A DNA stretch of 64,000 nucleotides from the human T2T-CHM13v2.0 reference genome, Homo sapiens: NCBI RefSeq assembly GCF_009914755.1, contig NC_060936.1. One strand, given 5' to 3'. The notes beneath the pieces were generated by a model, which was given only the letters and a program-made list of their open reading frames with translations, was not told where the DNA came from and ran no database searches. How positions within the stretch are numbered: the stretch's first letter is position 1; every line of letters starts with the position of its first letter. Both the position numbers and the translations under genes were made by a program. Below, in pieces: positions 29,431 through 41,960 of this stretch.

Positions 29431-30634
29431 TGATGGAAAATTGTTTTGTTTTTACTCTTCACCTTCATATTCCCAGTACCTATCATCTGATAACTGCCTG
29501 TAAATGCTGATTGAAAAATAAGGCTCATATAAAAGAATGGAAAAGTTAATCATTTCTTTGGAATTAGCCAATAAAATTTTGTCCAGCCCAAGTTAAGTTC
29601 TTCTGGACACAAAATTGGATTGAACTAAATTGCTATAGGTAATCTGCGTTCAAAGTAATACAGACAGTAACATTGTATTTACCATTCTGAGAAAATCTGA
29701 CTATGTAAATCTAGAGAAAATGATTTACTTTTCTAAAGTTTTTAAAGATGTAGTATTACAGCCTGGTAAAGTATCTGTGTTTCTAATAGGGCTTAAAGGA
29801 GGGAATTGGTTGTTGAACATATTTTAAATAAACTAGTGTCACAATAAGAAAGGCAACTGGTTTACAACTTTGAAACCATTTAACCCACAATAATAGATGA
29901 TGCTTGCTGCATTTATCCCGTAACTCCACAGTACAGAGGCTTTTAACAAGAGAAGGCACAGGGTCTGTCTAAAATTTCAGGACAGATGACTCATGGAGAT
30001 CAACTCATAATTTGAAGTAGGGCAATATGATCACCAGCAGTATCCACAGCCAAGGTGGATGACTTTGGTTTGGAAATGTCTCACTCGAATATACAATGTA
30101 AACCCAAGGCTTTACTGCGAGCACTATTTTCATATTTCAGATTAATATAATTTGGCATTTTTAGAAGAATATGATATTTGATTCTTCAAGTTACTAATCA
30201 CTTGGATACTCTTTACTGCCTCCCAGTGCCATCACACCTGGCTCTTTCATTTTCTGTCTTAAGTTAGCAGGAAGTTTTTAACATTCTCATCAGAGACACA
30301 TTTCCCAGTACTAATCTTAACTTTGATGAAAAACCATGTGTTGAAATGAATAACCAAATATCTTTCTCACTGAATCAGGCTCAGTTTAAATGATTTGGTT
30401 GAGGCAATTTAATCGGGGAAAAATAATCCAGACAACACCTGGCAAAAATAATAGGTCAAAAGTAAACACTCGAACTCATACGTTGATTTTCCCGCTACCT
30501 ATCAACAATATTGATTTATTATAGTTGAGGTTTTTTGACACTTTGTGCATCTTTAAGCAATTTTGTACATTTTTAGATTTAAAATATTTTAATGTTCTCA
30601 TATTTTGCTGCTAATTCATTTTCCAGCAATTATG

Positions 30635-31320
<686 letters not shown>

Positions 31321-32230
31321 TATTTAAAAAGTTGAAAGAAAAGCATACATTTTTAGAGATTTTTTCTTCTTTAAAATTTCTACTTTTCAAGCAATTTTAT
31401 ATGTTTTGTTTAATTGCTTGTATTTTCAAAACTTGAAAATTATTTTTTAAAACCAGTTTAGATTTAATAATTTCTCTGCACTGAGTAAATGGTATTAACT
31501 GGGGCATGGTAATTTTACTGGTAATAGGAATTTAGTTTGCTTCCAGCATTTATTTTTCTAAAAAATTACACATGATTCAGAAGAGACACAAAATAAATGA
31601 GAACTTTTTTAGAGCAAAAAGCTTAGGGAAAATTTCTGAAAAAGTGGGCAATTAAAGAACGTATAAAAATTTGTCAGGACTGCCCCATAGCGTACCAAAA
31701 GTAACAGCAAAACAGTGATTCAGAAGATTCACTTTCAACCAAATGGTTGCATTGGCCAATTTATTTTTGACCAGTCTGTTTCTATCTACTTCCATCTGAG
31801 CATTCAAGGAGTCCACTCATTTCATCATCCACATAGGGTAGAACACTCCACAGCTGAGGGACATCTCATCTACTCACTGTGTTGCTTGGCTCTATGAGAC
31901 CCATTGACTTGGAATACCCTAGCAAATTATATAGAGGTTTAAATGCTTAAACCTCTACATAAACATAAATACCAAAAGAAGAATTGATAAAGTCCATGAC
32001 TGACATAAATCTTTAAAGGTATGCTTGGAAAGTCTGAAACATAATGTTTGAGATGGGCCCTGATTTTATGTGTGAGAGAGATATTTATGCACACATAAAC
32101 TATACAACTAGCTGGACTCCACACATACTAGCTTTGGACATGTGGCTCAATCTCTCTGAGCCTATTTTCTTACTAGCAATATGAAGGCAATTATATACAG
32201 AGCTCATAGAGTTGCAGGGACTAAATGATG

Positions 32231-32770
32231 TGTGGCAGGCAGAATAATGGCCCCTAAAGATGTTCACATCTTAATCCCTGGAAGCTGTGAATGTATGATA
32301 TGGTATGGTATGATATGATATGATATGATATGATATGATATGATATGATATATGCCAAAAGGAAATTTATGTTGCAGCTAGAATTAAAGTTGCTAACCAG
32401 CTGACATTGAAATAAAGGGATTAAGCTAGATTACCTGGGTGGGTGCAATGTAATCATGAGGGACCTCAAACGGGGAAGAAGAGAAGAGTCAATCACAATG
32501 TACAATGTGAGAAAGACTTGATTGGCTACTGCTAGCTTCAAAAATGGAAGGGACCTGTAAGCCAAGGGACACAGCAGCCTCTAGAAGCTGGAAAAGGCAA
32601 GAAAACAGATTTGACCCTAGAACCTCCAGAAAGAAGCACAGCCCTCCCCAAACCTTGATTTTAGCTCAGTGAGACCTCCTTTAGACTTCTGAAGTCTAAA
32701 ATTGGAAGACAACAAACTAGTATTATTTTAAGCCCCTATATGTGTGCAAATTTGTTAGAGCAGCCAAAGG
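32231..32770 (+). mobile_element. MLT1D LTR (5' LTR)
   Basis: TGTGGCAGGCAGAATAATGGCCCC...CTCTAGAAGCTGGAAAAGGCAAGAAAACAGATT. Confidence 0.92.
32294..32354. repeat. (ATATG)n pentanucleotide microsatellite inside MLT1D
   Basis: Visible directly. Confidence 0.95.
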
Positions 32771-34090
32771 TTTTAGTACCTAAAGGTGTAGTGTTGCTGT
32801 AACAAATTCTTAAAAATTGTGGATGAGGCTTTGTAATTACTCAGTGGGCAGAGGCTGGAAAAAAAGCCTGGAATGCCATCAAGGTAATGTGAATAGAAAT
32901 ATAGATATTAATGACTCTGCTAATATAGACTCAGCAGGAAGTAAGAGGAGAGAAAACCCAAGTCATTTTTTAGAATACCTAAATTGTCATCAACAGACTA
33001 TTAAATATGGAAGCAAAATGCCCTGCCAATGAGGAATCAAATGGAAATGAAGAGCAAGTTTTTGGAAGCTGGAGGGAGGGGAGTTGTTCTTTCACAGTGG
33101 CAGAAAGTGTACTTGAAGTGTGTCCCGTAGTTACGTGGAAAGCAACACCTGTAACAGAAAAACTTGGATATTTAGCTGAGGAGGTTTTTTAGCAAAGTGT
33201 CGAAGGCACAGCCTGTTGCTGCTTTTAAACAATGTGAGAGAACAGTTTTTAAAATTTTTACTCATGGTCAAATGTGAGTGGAAGAAAATTTGAGGGAAGA
33301 ACTGTTAGGCAAAAAGAAACCAGGACTTGATGACTTGGGAAATTCTCAGCCTATCCATGTTGCAACGATGCTAAAATGAGAAGATTCACTGGTAGGAAAG
33401 TATGCTCTTGAGAGAAAGCCAAGGGTGTGGCTGGACGACCTTTTGCAGTGCCACAAAAGGATCAGAAGGTCAGAGTATTTAGCCACACAGAAGGCTCTTT
33501 GAAGAGATTAAGCCTGTGATTCATGGATCCCCTTAGCCACTCAGCAGAAGCCAGAAATAGGGATGGGATTATCCTGGAAAGAGAGGTGGAGGAGCCTCTT
33601 GTCAAATGGAGTGAATCCTCCATGACATATCTAGATGACCCAGACAAGGGCCCCAGCTTTGACTGAAAGTAACAGAGGGTATAATATGAAAAAAAGATTG
33701 TAGGACCTCCAAAGTTCTGCAAGCAAGAAACAGGATGATAAAACTACTCAGCTGCAAACTTATGCTACCTTTCATGACAAAGGAAGGATGACTCTGAGGT
33801 GGAGTCTTATGATTCCGGAGGGTGGGGCCTCAAGCCACAGAAAATTATTCCTAGGCCTTGAACCAAATGGAGTTTGCTTGGCTAGATTTCAAAATGTCTT
33901 GGGACTGGTGACTTATTTTTTCCTTCCATTTTCTCTCCTTTGAGGCCAGACTATCTATAATTAGTATCCTATGTCTGTCTTTTTGTTGTATTTTTGGAGC
34001 AAGAAATTTGTTTCTTGATTTTACAGTCTCATAGATGGAGCAGAATTGTGCCCCTGGATAGACTATACCTAGAATTTTACCATGATTTAA
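32771..34090 (+). mobile_element. MaLR internal region (MLT1-int)
   Basis: TTTTAGTACC directly after the LTR; GGGCAGAGGCTGGAA; CTTGGATATTTAGCTGAGGAG. Confidence 0.85.
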
Positions 34091-35296
34091 TAAGTAAACT
34101 GGCTCATAGCAAGTGCTCAATAATCTTGCTATTTATTAGTGCTGCTCTTGTTGTTAAGTCACTTCTGATCATAAGAGGATCTTGGTTCGGGCTCTAATGT
34201 CTGAACCAAGATGAAGTCATGGAGTCATGCTGTCTCTCCCCTGGCATATCCATCGGTATACAGAAAGCAAATACTGCTCTGCGTGAACTGGGAAGGGCCT
34301 TCCGTCCTTATATCTGTTTCACCTATGAATTTACATAGCAGCAAAGGAAAGTGTGCAAGCCGAGTGATAAAGATTCTAACCCCTTCTCTTTGAGGTTTAT
34401 ACTATTAAAATATGACTAAAGATCCAACATAGTACTGACCCAGAGCTAAATTGGCCCTTTATTTATATTGCTTCACCAGGTCTCCATGTAATACTTCATA
34501 TCCCAGTTTTAAAGCTATTTCTTCATGTGTTTCCAGAAGGATTTAGGACTCTACTATTATACTTCTCTTAATTCCCTTTAGAATTGCAGCTTCAGCCCAT
34601 AGTTACTTTCCCCTCATATGTTGTCCCTGGGGGATAATTTTTTGCATTACATCGAATGACAGAAGGTACCACCTGCACGCACAGTCTATAGCACTAGAAG
34701 CTGCCACAGCTGCTTGGTATTCAATATTACATTCCTCTTTCCATCACATCAGCAAGCATTGATATTCCCCAGAGACATCTGTTTCTGACTGTAGTCCAAA
34801 TTTGTCCAATGATGAAATAATGGACTTTTCTGTCTATGTTAGCTTTTCCAAGAGTTTATGCCTATTTTGGTGTGCTATGATCCTGGGTTGGGGCTAAGTT
34901 TCCAAGTTTATTTCTCAGGGATCTATAGCAGGTGTTAGAGACTCTGTCTGTCCAAACAGCCACAGAAGGAGGGCTTTTTGGGAGATTTTGTGAATTTACT
35001 GTCAGCTTTCTTGCATTTGGGTGGACACCCTCTCCTCCTGACTGTGCCGAAATAGAATGATGATGCACTGTGGATAACTGAAGAGGATACCTTGGAGAAG
35101 TGGGGAGTAAACCCAAGCCAGAAGACAGCCAGTGGATATATGTTTTGCTTCAGACAACAGAGATGGTGATAAGAGCTGAATAATAATAATTATGGTAGCA
35201 ATGATAAAACAACTACACTAGTATTTATGAAGTGATTTCTAGTACTTTACTTGTATTATTTCATTTACCCCGCTTCAGGGACTCTATAAGTAGGTA

Positions 35297-35770
35297 CAGG
35301 TTTAATGTCCCTTATCTGAAAGTCTAGTACCAGGAGTATTTTGGATTATGGATTTTTTTCAGATTTTGGAATATTTGCATTGTACAGTGAGCCTTTGAAT
35401 AACACAGGTTTGAACTGCATGAGTCCACTTACATGTGGATCTTTTTCAACCAAGGGCAGGTGGAAAATAAGGTATTGGGAGATTTAAAAACTGCCCATAC
35501 AGAGGGCTGAATTTCTATGTACATGAGTTCCACACGGCCAACTGCAGGATGTGAGTGTGTGTGGATTTTGGTATATGTGGTGATCCTGGAGTCAATGCCA
35601 CACTGATACGAAGGGATGTCTATATACTTACAACATCCCCAAAAACAGTAATTCTGAAATCTGCAAAGCTCCAATGAGCATTTCTTTGGAATTTCATGTC
35701 AGTGCTCAAAAGGTTTCAGATTTTGGAGCATTTGAGGTTTTGAATTTTCAGATTAGGGATGGTTAACCTA
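35297..35770 (+). mobile_element. Tigger4a/MER46A-like MITE split by MER8
   Basis: CAGGTTTAATGTCCCTTATCTGAAA ... TTCAGATTAGGGATGGTTAACCTA terminal inverted repeats; TA target. Confidence 0.85.
35385..35622 (-). mobile_element. MER8 (Tigger MITE)
   Basis: CAGTGAGCCTTTGAATAACACAGGTTTGAACTGCATGAGTCCACTTA...GATACGAAGGGATGTCTA; TA flanks. Confidence 0.85.
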
Positions 35771-36334
35771 TATTAGTATGAATCCCATTTTGAAGATGAG
35801 GAAATCAAAGCCCAGAGAATTTGTAAAATTTTCCCCAGGTTCCTCAGTTAGTAAGTACTGGAGACAGGATTCGAATCCAGCCAGGCTGACTCTGCAGCCT
35901 GCTCTGTGAATCATTATACACAGGGCTTCCTCCTACTTGATAGGACTGTGTCACACTTAGGTGAAATTTTATTCTTTTCCTGATGCAGTTGCAAAGTAGT
36001 CATTTGGAATTGCAAAAAAGATCAACTGCTCTGGCTACAGAATAGTAGATTCTAGCCTTGTGATTTCCAACGTGTCTGTAGGCACAAACCAGAATGGAGG
36101 CCTTCAGGTCTCAGGGGGCACAAATGAATGGGAACACCAGGGACAAGTAGTGGTGGTTCCACAGCCAGGAACCTAAGCCAGACCTGAGCTGGACTTGCCA
36201 AGAGTAGTAACTGAGTTGTTTCTAATACTTAGGGAGACAGAAGACATCTTGGGGTTTTCTACCAACTGCTCATGTTCCCTGTATGGGGAAAGTGATAAGC
36301 ATCTTCTAACAGGACTAAAACAGTGGTTGCCTGC

Positions 36335-36769
36335 TGCTATAGTTTGGGTGTTAGTCCCTACCAAACCTTATGTTGAAATTTGGCCCCCAGTGTTGAAGGT
36401 GGGGTCTAATGGGAAGCGCTTGGGTCATGGGGATGAATCCCTCATGAATGGATTAGTGCCTTCCCCATGTTGTGGGGTGAGTGAGTTCTTACTTTCTTCA
36501 TTCCTGTGATAACTGGCTGTTAAAAAAGAACCTAGAATCTCTCCCTCTTTCACTTGCTCCTCTCTTTCATGTGACCTCTGCACATGCCAGCTCCCCTTTG
36601 CCTTCTGCTATAAATGGAAGCAGCCTGAGGCCCTCACCAGACGCTGAGAAAATGCTGACATCATGCTTTTTGTACAGCCAGTAGAACCATGAGCCGAATA
36701 CACTTGTTCCCTTTATAAATTATCCAGCCTCAGGTATTCACTTAGAGCAACACAAAATGGCCTAGGACA
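36335..36769 (+). mobile_element. MSTB solo LTR
   Basis: TGCTATAGTTTGGGTG...ATAAATTATCCAGCCTCAGGTATTC...CTAGGACA. Confidence 0.92.
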
Positions 36770-36809
36770 CCTATATTCTAGTAGGAGTAAGAGAATCATG
36801 ATTAGGTAG

Positions 36810-36906
36810 AGGCTCCCAAATCTTTTAAGAATCTGATGAAATATATAGATTTCTCCCCAGAAATACGCATGTGTGGTCATACCAATTTCACATATAAGTC
36901 TGGGTG
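36810..36906 (+). mobile_element. hAT-Charlie MITE fragment
   Basis: AGAATCTGATGAAATATATAGATTTCTCCCCAGAAATACGCA. Confidence 0.55.
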
Positions 36907-36914
36907 GTTTAGGC

Positions 36915-37469
36915 CAGTCCATGGCCTGGGGCTGATACCAGTCCATGGCCTGGGGATTGGGGACCCCTGGCCTAAACCCCTGGTTCCTGTTAGGAATGAG
37001 GCCACATAGCAGGAGGTAAATGGTGAGCAAGTGAGCAAATCTTCATATGTATTTACAGCTATTCCGCATTGCTCACATTACCTCTTGAGCTCTGCCTCCT
37101 GTCAGGTTAGCAGCAGCATTAGATTCTCATAGGAATGCAAACCCTATTGTGAACTGCACATGTGAGGAATCTAGGTTGCACACTCCTTATGATAATCTCA
37201 TGCCTGATGATGTGTCGCTGTCTCCCATCACCCTCAGTTGGGGCTGTCTAGTTGTAGGAAAACAAGCCCGGGGTTCCCATTCATTCTACATTATGATGAG
37301 TTGTAGAATTATTTCATTATATATTATAAGGCAATAATAATACAAATGAAGTGCATAATAAATGTAATGCACCTGAATCATCCCAAAACCATCCACCATG
37401 TCCCACTATCCATGGAAAAATTGTCTTCCACAAAACCAATCCCTGGTGCCAAAAAGTTTTGGACTACTG
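36915..37469 (+). mobile_element. MER1A (hAT-Charlie) with a rearranged 5' end
   Basis: CATTAGATTCTCATAGGAATGCAAACCCTATTGTGAACTGC...GGTGCCAAAAAGTTTTGGACTACTG; 8-bp TSD GTTTAGGC at 36907-36914 / 37470-37477. Confidence 0.93.
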
Positions 37470-37629
37470 GTTTAGGCTATGGATATTAAAGTATAAAGAT
37501 CTTAATTAGGAGTTGTGTTCACTCTAAATAAAAATAGTGTATCTGGATCTTTAAGTTCTCAGTACTGAACAGCAGCATTTCTTAAGGAAGAAAAGAGGCA
37601 TCATTCTTTACTTTGGACGGATGCCACCA

Positions 37630-38263
37630 TGTTATAGTAGAGAGATTTCTGATTGGCTACCAAAGTTCTTGATGCCTGATGTACACACACTTCCTTCCAT
37701 TTATTCCATCAAACATTAATCTAAAGACTAATATGAAGGGATTTTGCAAATGTAATGAAGGTCCTACAGCAATTGATCCTAAAATAGAAAGATAATCTGG
37801 GTGGGGATGACTTAATCACACGATCCCTTTAAAGGACAGAGTTTTCTCTAACTGGCCAGAGAAGAGAAAGTCAGACTCTGGCAGTAATAGAAGGATTTGA
37901 GGCATCATTGCAGCTCTGACAATGGAGAAGGTCACAGAGCACGGAATGTGGGTGGCTCATAGACACTGGGAGTGGCCTTCAGCTGACAGCCATCAAGAAA
38001 ACAAGGATTTCAGCCTTATGGTTGCAAGGAGCTGAATTCTGCCAACAACAAGAATGAGTTTGAAAGCAGATTTTCTCTTTGTTGTCTCCAGCTGAGCACT
38101 TAGCCTGGTCAACACCTTAATTTCAGCTTTGTGGTACCTTGCACAGAGAACACATCAAGACGTGAAAGACTTCTGTTCTACAAAATTGTGAGCTAATAAA
38201 TGGTGTTATTTGAAGCTCCTAATTTTATGGTGATATGCTATGCACCAATAGAAAATTAATACA
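37630..38263 (+). mobile_element. MLT1E-like solo LTR
   Basis: GAAGGGATTTTGCAAATGTAAT...CAGCTGACAGCCATCAAGAAAAC...GAATTCTGCCAACAAC...AATTAATACA. Confidence 0.88.
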
Positions 38264-38336
38264 CCACATTCCCAAGATGTTCACAGGAACTCTAGAGAGG
38301 ACAAAATTTTCCCATTGTAGCAACTGTCCAAAGAAG

Positions 38337-38390
38337 TTGCCTTGCATATATACATGCTAGGTATTGCCTTGCATATATACATGCTAGGTA
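38337..38390. repeat. Perfect 27-bp tandem duplication
   Basis: TTGCCTTGCATATATACATGCTAGGTA x2. Confidence 0.97.
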
Positions 38391-38836
38391 TAATCTTCAG
38401 AAGTTTTTTTCTTTCCTAAGCTTGAAAAACTAGGTTTAAAATAGCTAGCTTGAATCCAACAACTATACAGGGAGAGTCTTGCTCTGAGGACTCTTGGAAT
38501 AAAACGCAATGTATGAACATTGATTTTATCCATTCCCCTTATAAGATATATAGTAAAGCTAACTTTTCATTCTAAACATGCACTCTAGCTTCCCTCTTGC
38601 CTCTTTTACAAAAATTCTCAAGCTAAGCCTTATGGTACTCATGGCGCAATCTTCAGTATTACTCACCAGGTACTAGGGATTCCATTGCCATACCCAAGGC
38701 TTGGAAGTGACACACAGGCCTAGATTATAGTTCACTTTCTGCTTTGATTTACCATGGGTAAGTTACTTAACCTTTTTGGCTTCATGTAGACACATGGCAA
38801 GCGAGGGGTTTAATTATTTGATCCCTGGCATCCCAT

Positions 38837-39216
38837 TGCTATGATTTGAATGTGTGTGTCCCTCAAAAATTCCTATGTTGAAACTTAATCACCAAGGTGA
38901 TAGTATTAGAAGGTGGGCCTTTGGGAGGTGACTCGGTCATAAGGCCTTCACCCTTATGAATAGCATTAATGTCCTTATAAAAGAGGTTTCAGAGAGTGCT
39001 CATCCCCTTTTTCTCTTCCACATCCCCCCATGTGAGAATACAGCAACAAGGTATGATCTTTGAAGCAGAGGCAGCCAGCCCTCACTAGACACTGAATCCA
39101 CTGTTGCCTTGACCTTGGACTTCCCAGATTCCAGAACTCTGAGAAGTAAACGTCTGTTGTTTATAAATTACCTGGTCCAAGAAATTTTGATATAGCAGAA
39201 GGAATGGACCAAGGCA
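38837..39216 (+). mobile_element. MSTD/MLT1A solo LTR inside a MIR3-like element
   Basis: TGCTATGATTTGAATG...GGACCAAGGCA; TSD CCCAT/CTCAT. Confidence 0.9.
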
Positions 39217-41779
39217 CTCATTTAGAGCTAACAGTCAAAGATTAAAGACTTCTAGGACAGGCAGTCCCCTGGCTCTAAAAACCAGTGACGTTAGATGAGT
39301 ACATGACTAGTGGACGTCCATCCTTCAGTGTCTCAGATTCTTCTAACTTGTCCACCCAGGAGCTTTTCATTCTTGCTAGCACTTAGGATGTATCTCTTCT
39401 CCCTTTTCTCTAGGCCCTCTGTCAGAGGAAGACTCAGTGAATTTACTTTCCACCTGGTCACATTTCATAGACTGTGACAGCCAGTGGCTGCTATGACCAC
39501 AGCCCACAAATCCATTCTGAAAATATGTGGTGGACACTTTTCAAGTAATAGGTAAAAAGCTATGTTCTCTTGGTAGAGATATTTTAGGGGAGACTCTGCC
39601 TTCTACTTCAATCCCTTTCCATGTCAAATTTAATAGCAAATTAGAATCAATATATAGCTTAATTACAATATTAAGTTTCCTTGTTATCTTGAGATTATCA
39701 TACCTTTATTCCCTCCAGGTGCCTGGAATGTATGCAGATATGTTTCACAGAAATGCTAAGTCCTTAATCAATACAACAAAATATTTCCAGCTTCCCCAGC
39801 GTGATAAATCTAGCAATCAATTACTCTGCCATAGTATACGCCTGGTACAAGCAGGATGAAAAATATTATTGAAAAATTCTACCTCTTGATTAACTACTGA
39901 TGAAAGTTCTCAGAATTAAAATGATATTTCTTAATTTACTCTTTTTCAAAATTGGAAACCAAATACACCAAACTATTATATTCTATAGATCATATTCCAC
40001 AAGGTCATGAAACCTTCCAAGCATAAAAAGGAAAATCATCAGCCACCAGAAACAAAACAAAAAAAATAGGTAAATAAAACCACCTTCAATTTCTATTCCT
40101 AAGAATTCCAAGCTGTTTTCATATAGAAAATTATGTTATTTTGAAAGCAGTAATGAATTTGAAAACATCTCATGCTCCAGAAGCCTAATTTTAGATCTAT
40201 TATGGAATTCTGCATTCTACAAACAACGCCCTATTAATCCCCCTATCGACTTGCTTCTTGTGGTCCTTGTCTGGAGCTGGTTTTAGTGCACAATGAAGCA
40301 TTGAAATATTTTGTATAAATAAATAAAGGAGGATTGGGTAGCGAGTAACATCAAAGAACTTCACTAATTGGCAGTGCTAAATGTCTGCGACAGCTTGGTT
40401 AGCCACTGAAAAATCGCTCTAATGATATACTCACTGGAAATGTCCCCCGTTGCCTTAGAAAAAGTAAGATCCAACTAGGAAAAACTTAGTGTCCAGCTCC
40501 ATCATGAAAACAGAATCTTCAACTGAAAGAGGTACATAGGACTGTGTGAAGAATATTTCTGCTGAAATGTTCGGGGGTGACAAGTGCTTTGAGTGGCAGA
40601 GAAGATAGAGGTAGAGAAAGGCAGCCACTGCTTCAAGGAGGAAGCAGAAATATGAGTTTGTATTTATTCCTTTACTCCACAAACATGCCAGGTACTACTA
40701 TCTAGCAGGCACTGCACTAGGACAAGGTTTACATAGTGAATACAACACACCCTTAGTAACTTTGGCACTGGAATGTTAGAAGAAACCCCAGGTTGGGGTG
40801 GGTAAGAGAAAATAGAATGGAAGAGAACTTAAACCAGAATTTGGGTCCTACTGAGGGAATACAAGGATGGGTGCCAGTTTTGCAAAGATCTCACTGTGGG
40901 ACACAGTTTAAAAGTTGTGCACTATATAGAAAAATGAAACAGAAAACACCTGGTCTGATGGCATTTCATTGAGAATTTTTTGCCTTAGGATAGTGTATGA
41001 AAAGATGTGTGGATGAAGCTCGGGGGTGAGAAAAGACCATGCTGGGCTGTGCACAGGCAGGATAATGAAGAGGGTGAGTTGAGTAGTGTGATGGATTTTT
41101 TTTTTTTCCTCCAGCTTCTAGATCTTCATGGAGATAAAAAGTTTTGTCAAGATCTGATTTTTAAGTCCTCATATACTGGACTCTGACAGCTGAGCCATGG
41201 GTGGCAACTACTTAAACTAAGTCACTTTAAGCAACCATTCAAAGTACTTATGCAATCAGGTTGAAACTATTTTTAATGAGGAGAAGAAAGCTCCTGGGAG
41301 GCACTGACAGCTCTTGAACCCTGATAGCACACTTTGCACAGAGATTCCCCAGAAGCTGGCTCTGAGCAAGTCTTCACATTTGCCATTTGATTAATTAAAG
41401 ATAAATGGCGGAGACTTTTCCCTAAATGGGTTACTTGATTTAAGAGCTGCTGGCTAATTTTGGTCGGATAATTTAATAGAAGAGGGAAGAGGAAAGGAAA
41501 GAAAGGGGCTTGAAGAAAGAGGAAGAGAAAAGAAACACAAGGATGGAGAACAAGGAGAGACCATTTGGTAACAAATTTATTTCTTGATTTTAACACTTGA
41601 TTCCTAGGTCTTCCACCTTGAGACTATTTTGATTTGGTTTATGTCGTTCTTATGCCGTCTTCAACCAAACAAGGGACTTCATTTAATCGTTGATAGGATT
41701 TTTGTTTGTTTGTTTTCTTAAATGCTGGTTTCTCTGATAAACTCGGCAAATCTCAACAGGACACCTCTTATGTATGACA

Positions 41780-41960
41780 TTGATGTGGTTTGGTTTAGTG
41801 ACATGGCTTAAAGGAGGCATGAAACTTTCATCTAGCTTTGGCACTAATAAAATGATTGTGAGACTTTGGTTGGGCAAGCTCCTTTACCTGTCTGAGCCCA
41901 GGTTTTCTAACAGGACTAGCTTTAGTGACCACTCACAGCTCTAGAATTGTAGGATTTTCA
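41780..41960 (+). mobile_element. MIR3-like
   Basis: TGGGCAAGCTCCTTTACCTGTCTGAGCCCAGGTTTTCT...CAGCTCTAGAATT. Confidence 0.6.

Larger units (their letters stand above)
32110..34135 (+). mobile_element. MIR split by an MLT1D insertion (pieces 32110-32230 and about 34092-34135)
   Basis: CTCTCTGAGCCTATTTTCTTACT...GGACTAAATGA, later CTGGCTCATAGCAAGTGCTCAATAA. Confidence 0.65.
35180..35920 (-). mobile_element. MIR split by a Tigger4a (pieces 35180-35296 and 35771-35920)
   Basis: CTCTATAAGTAGGTA|...|TATTAGTATGAATCCCATTTTGAAGATGAGGAAATC...GGATTCGAATCCAG. Confidence 0.8.
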
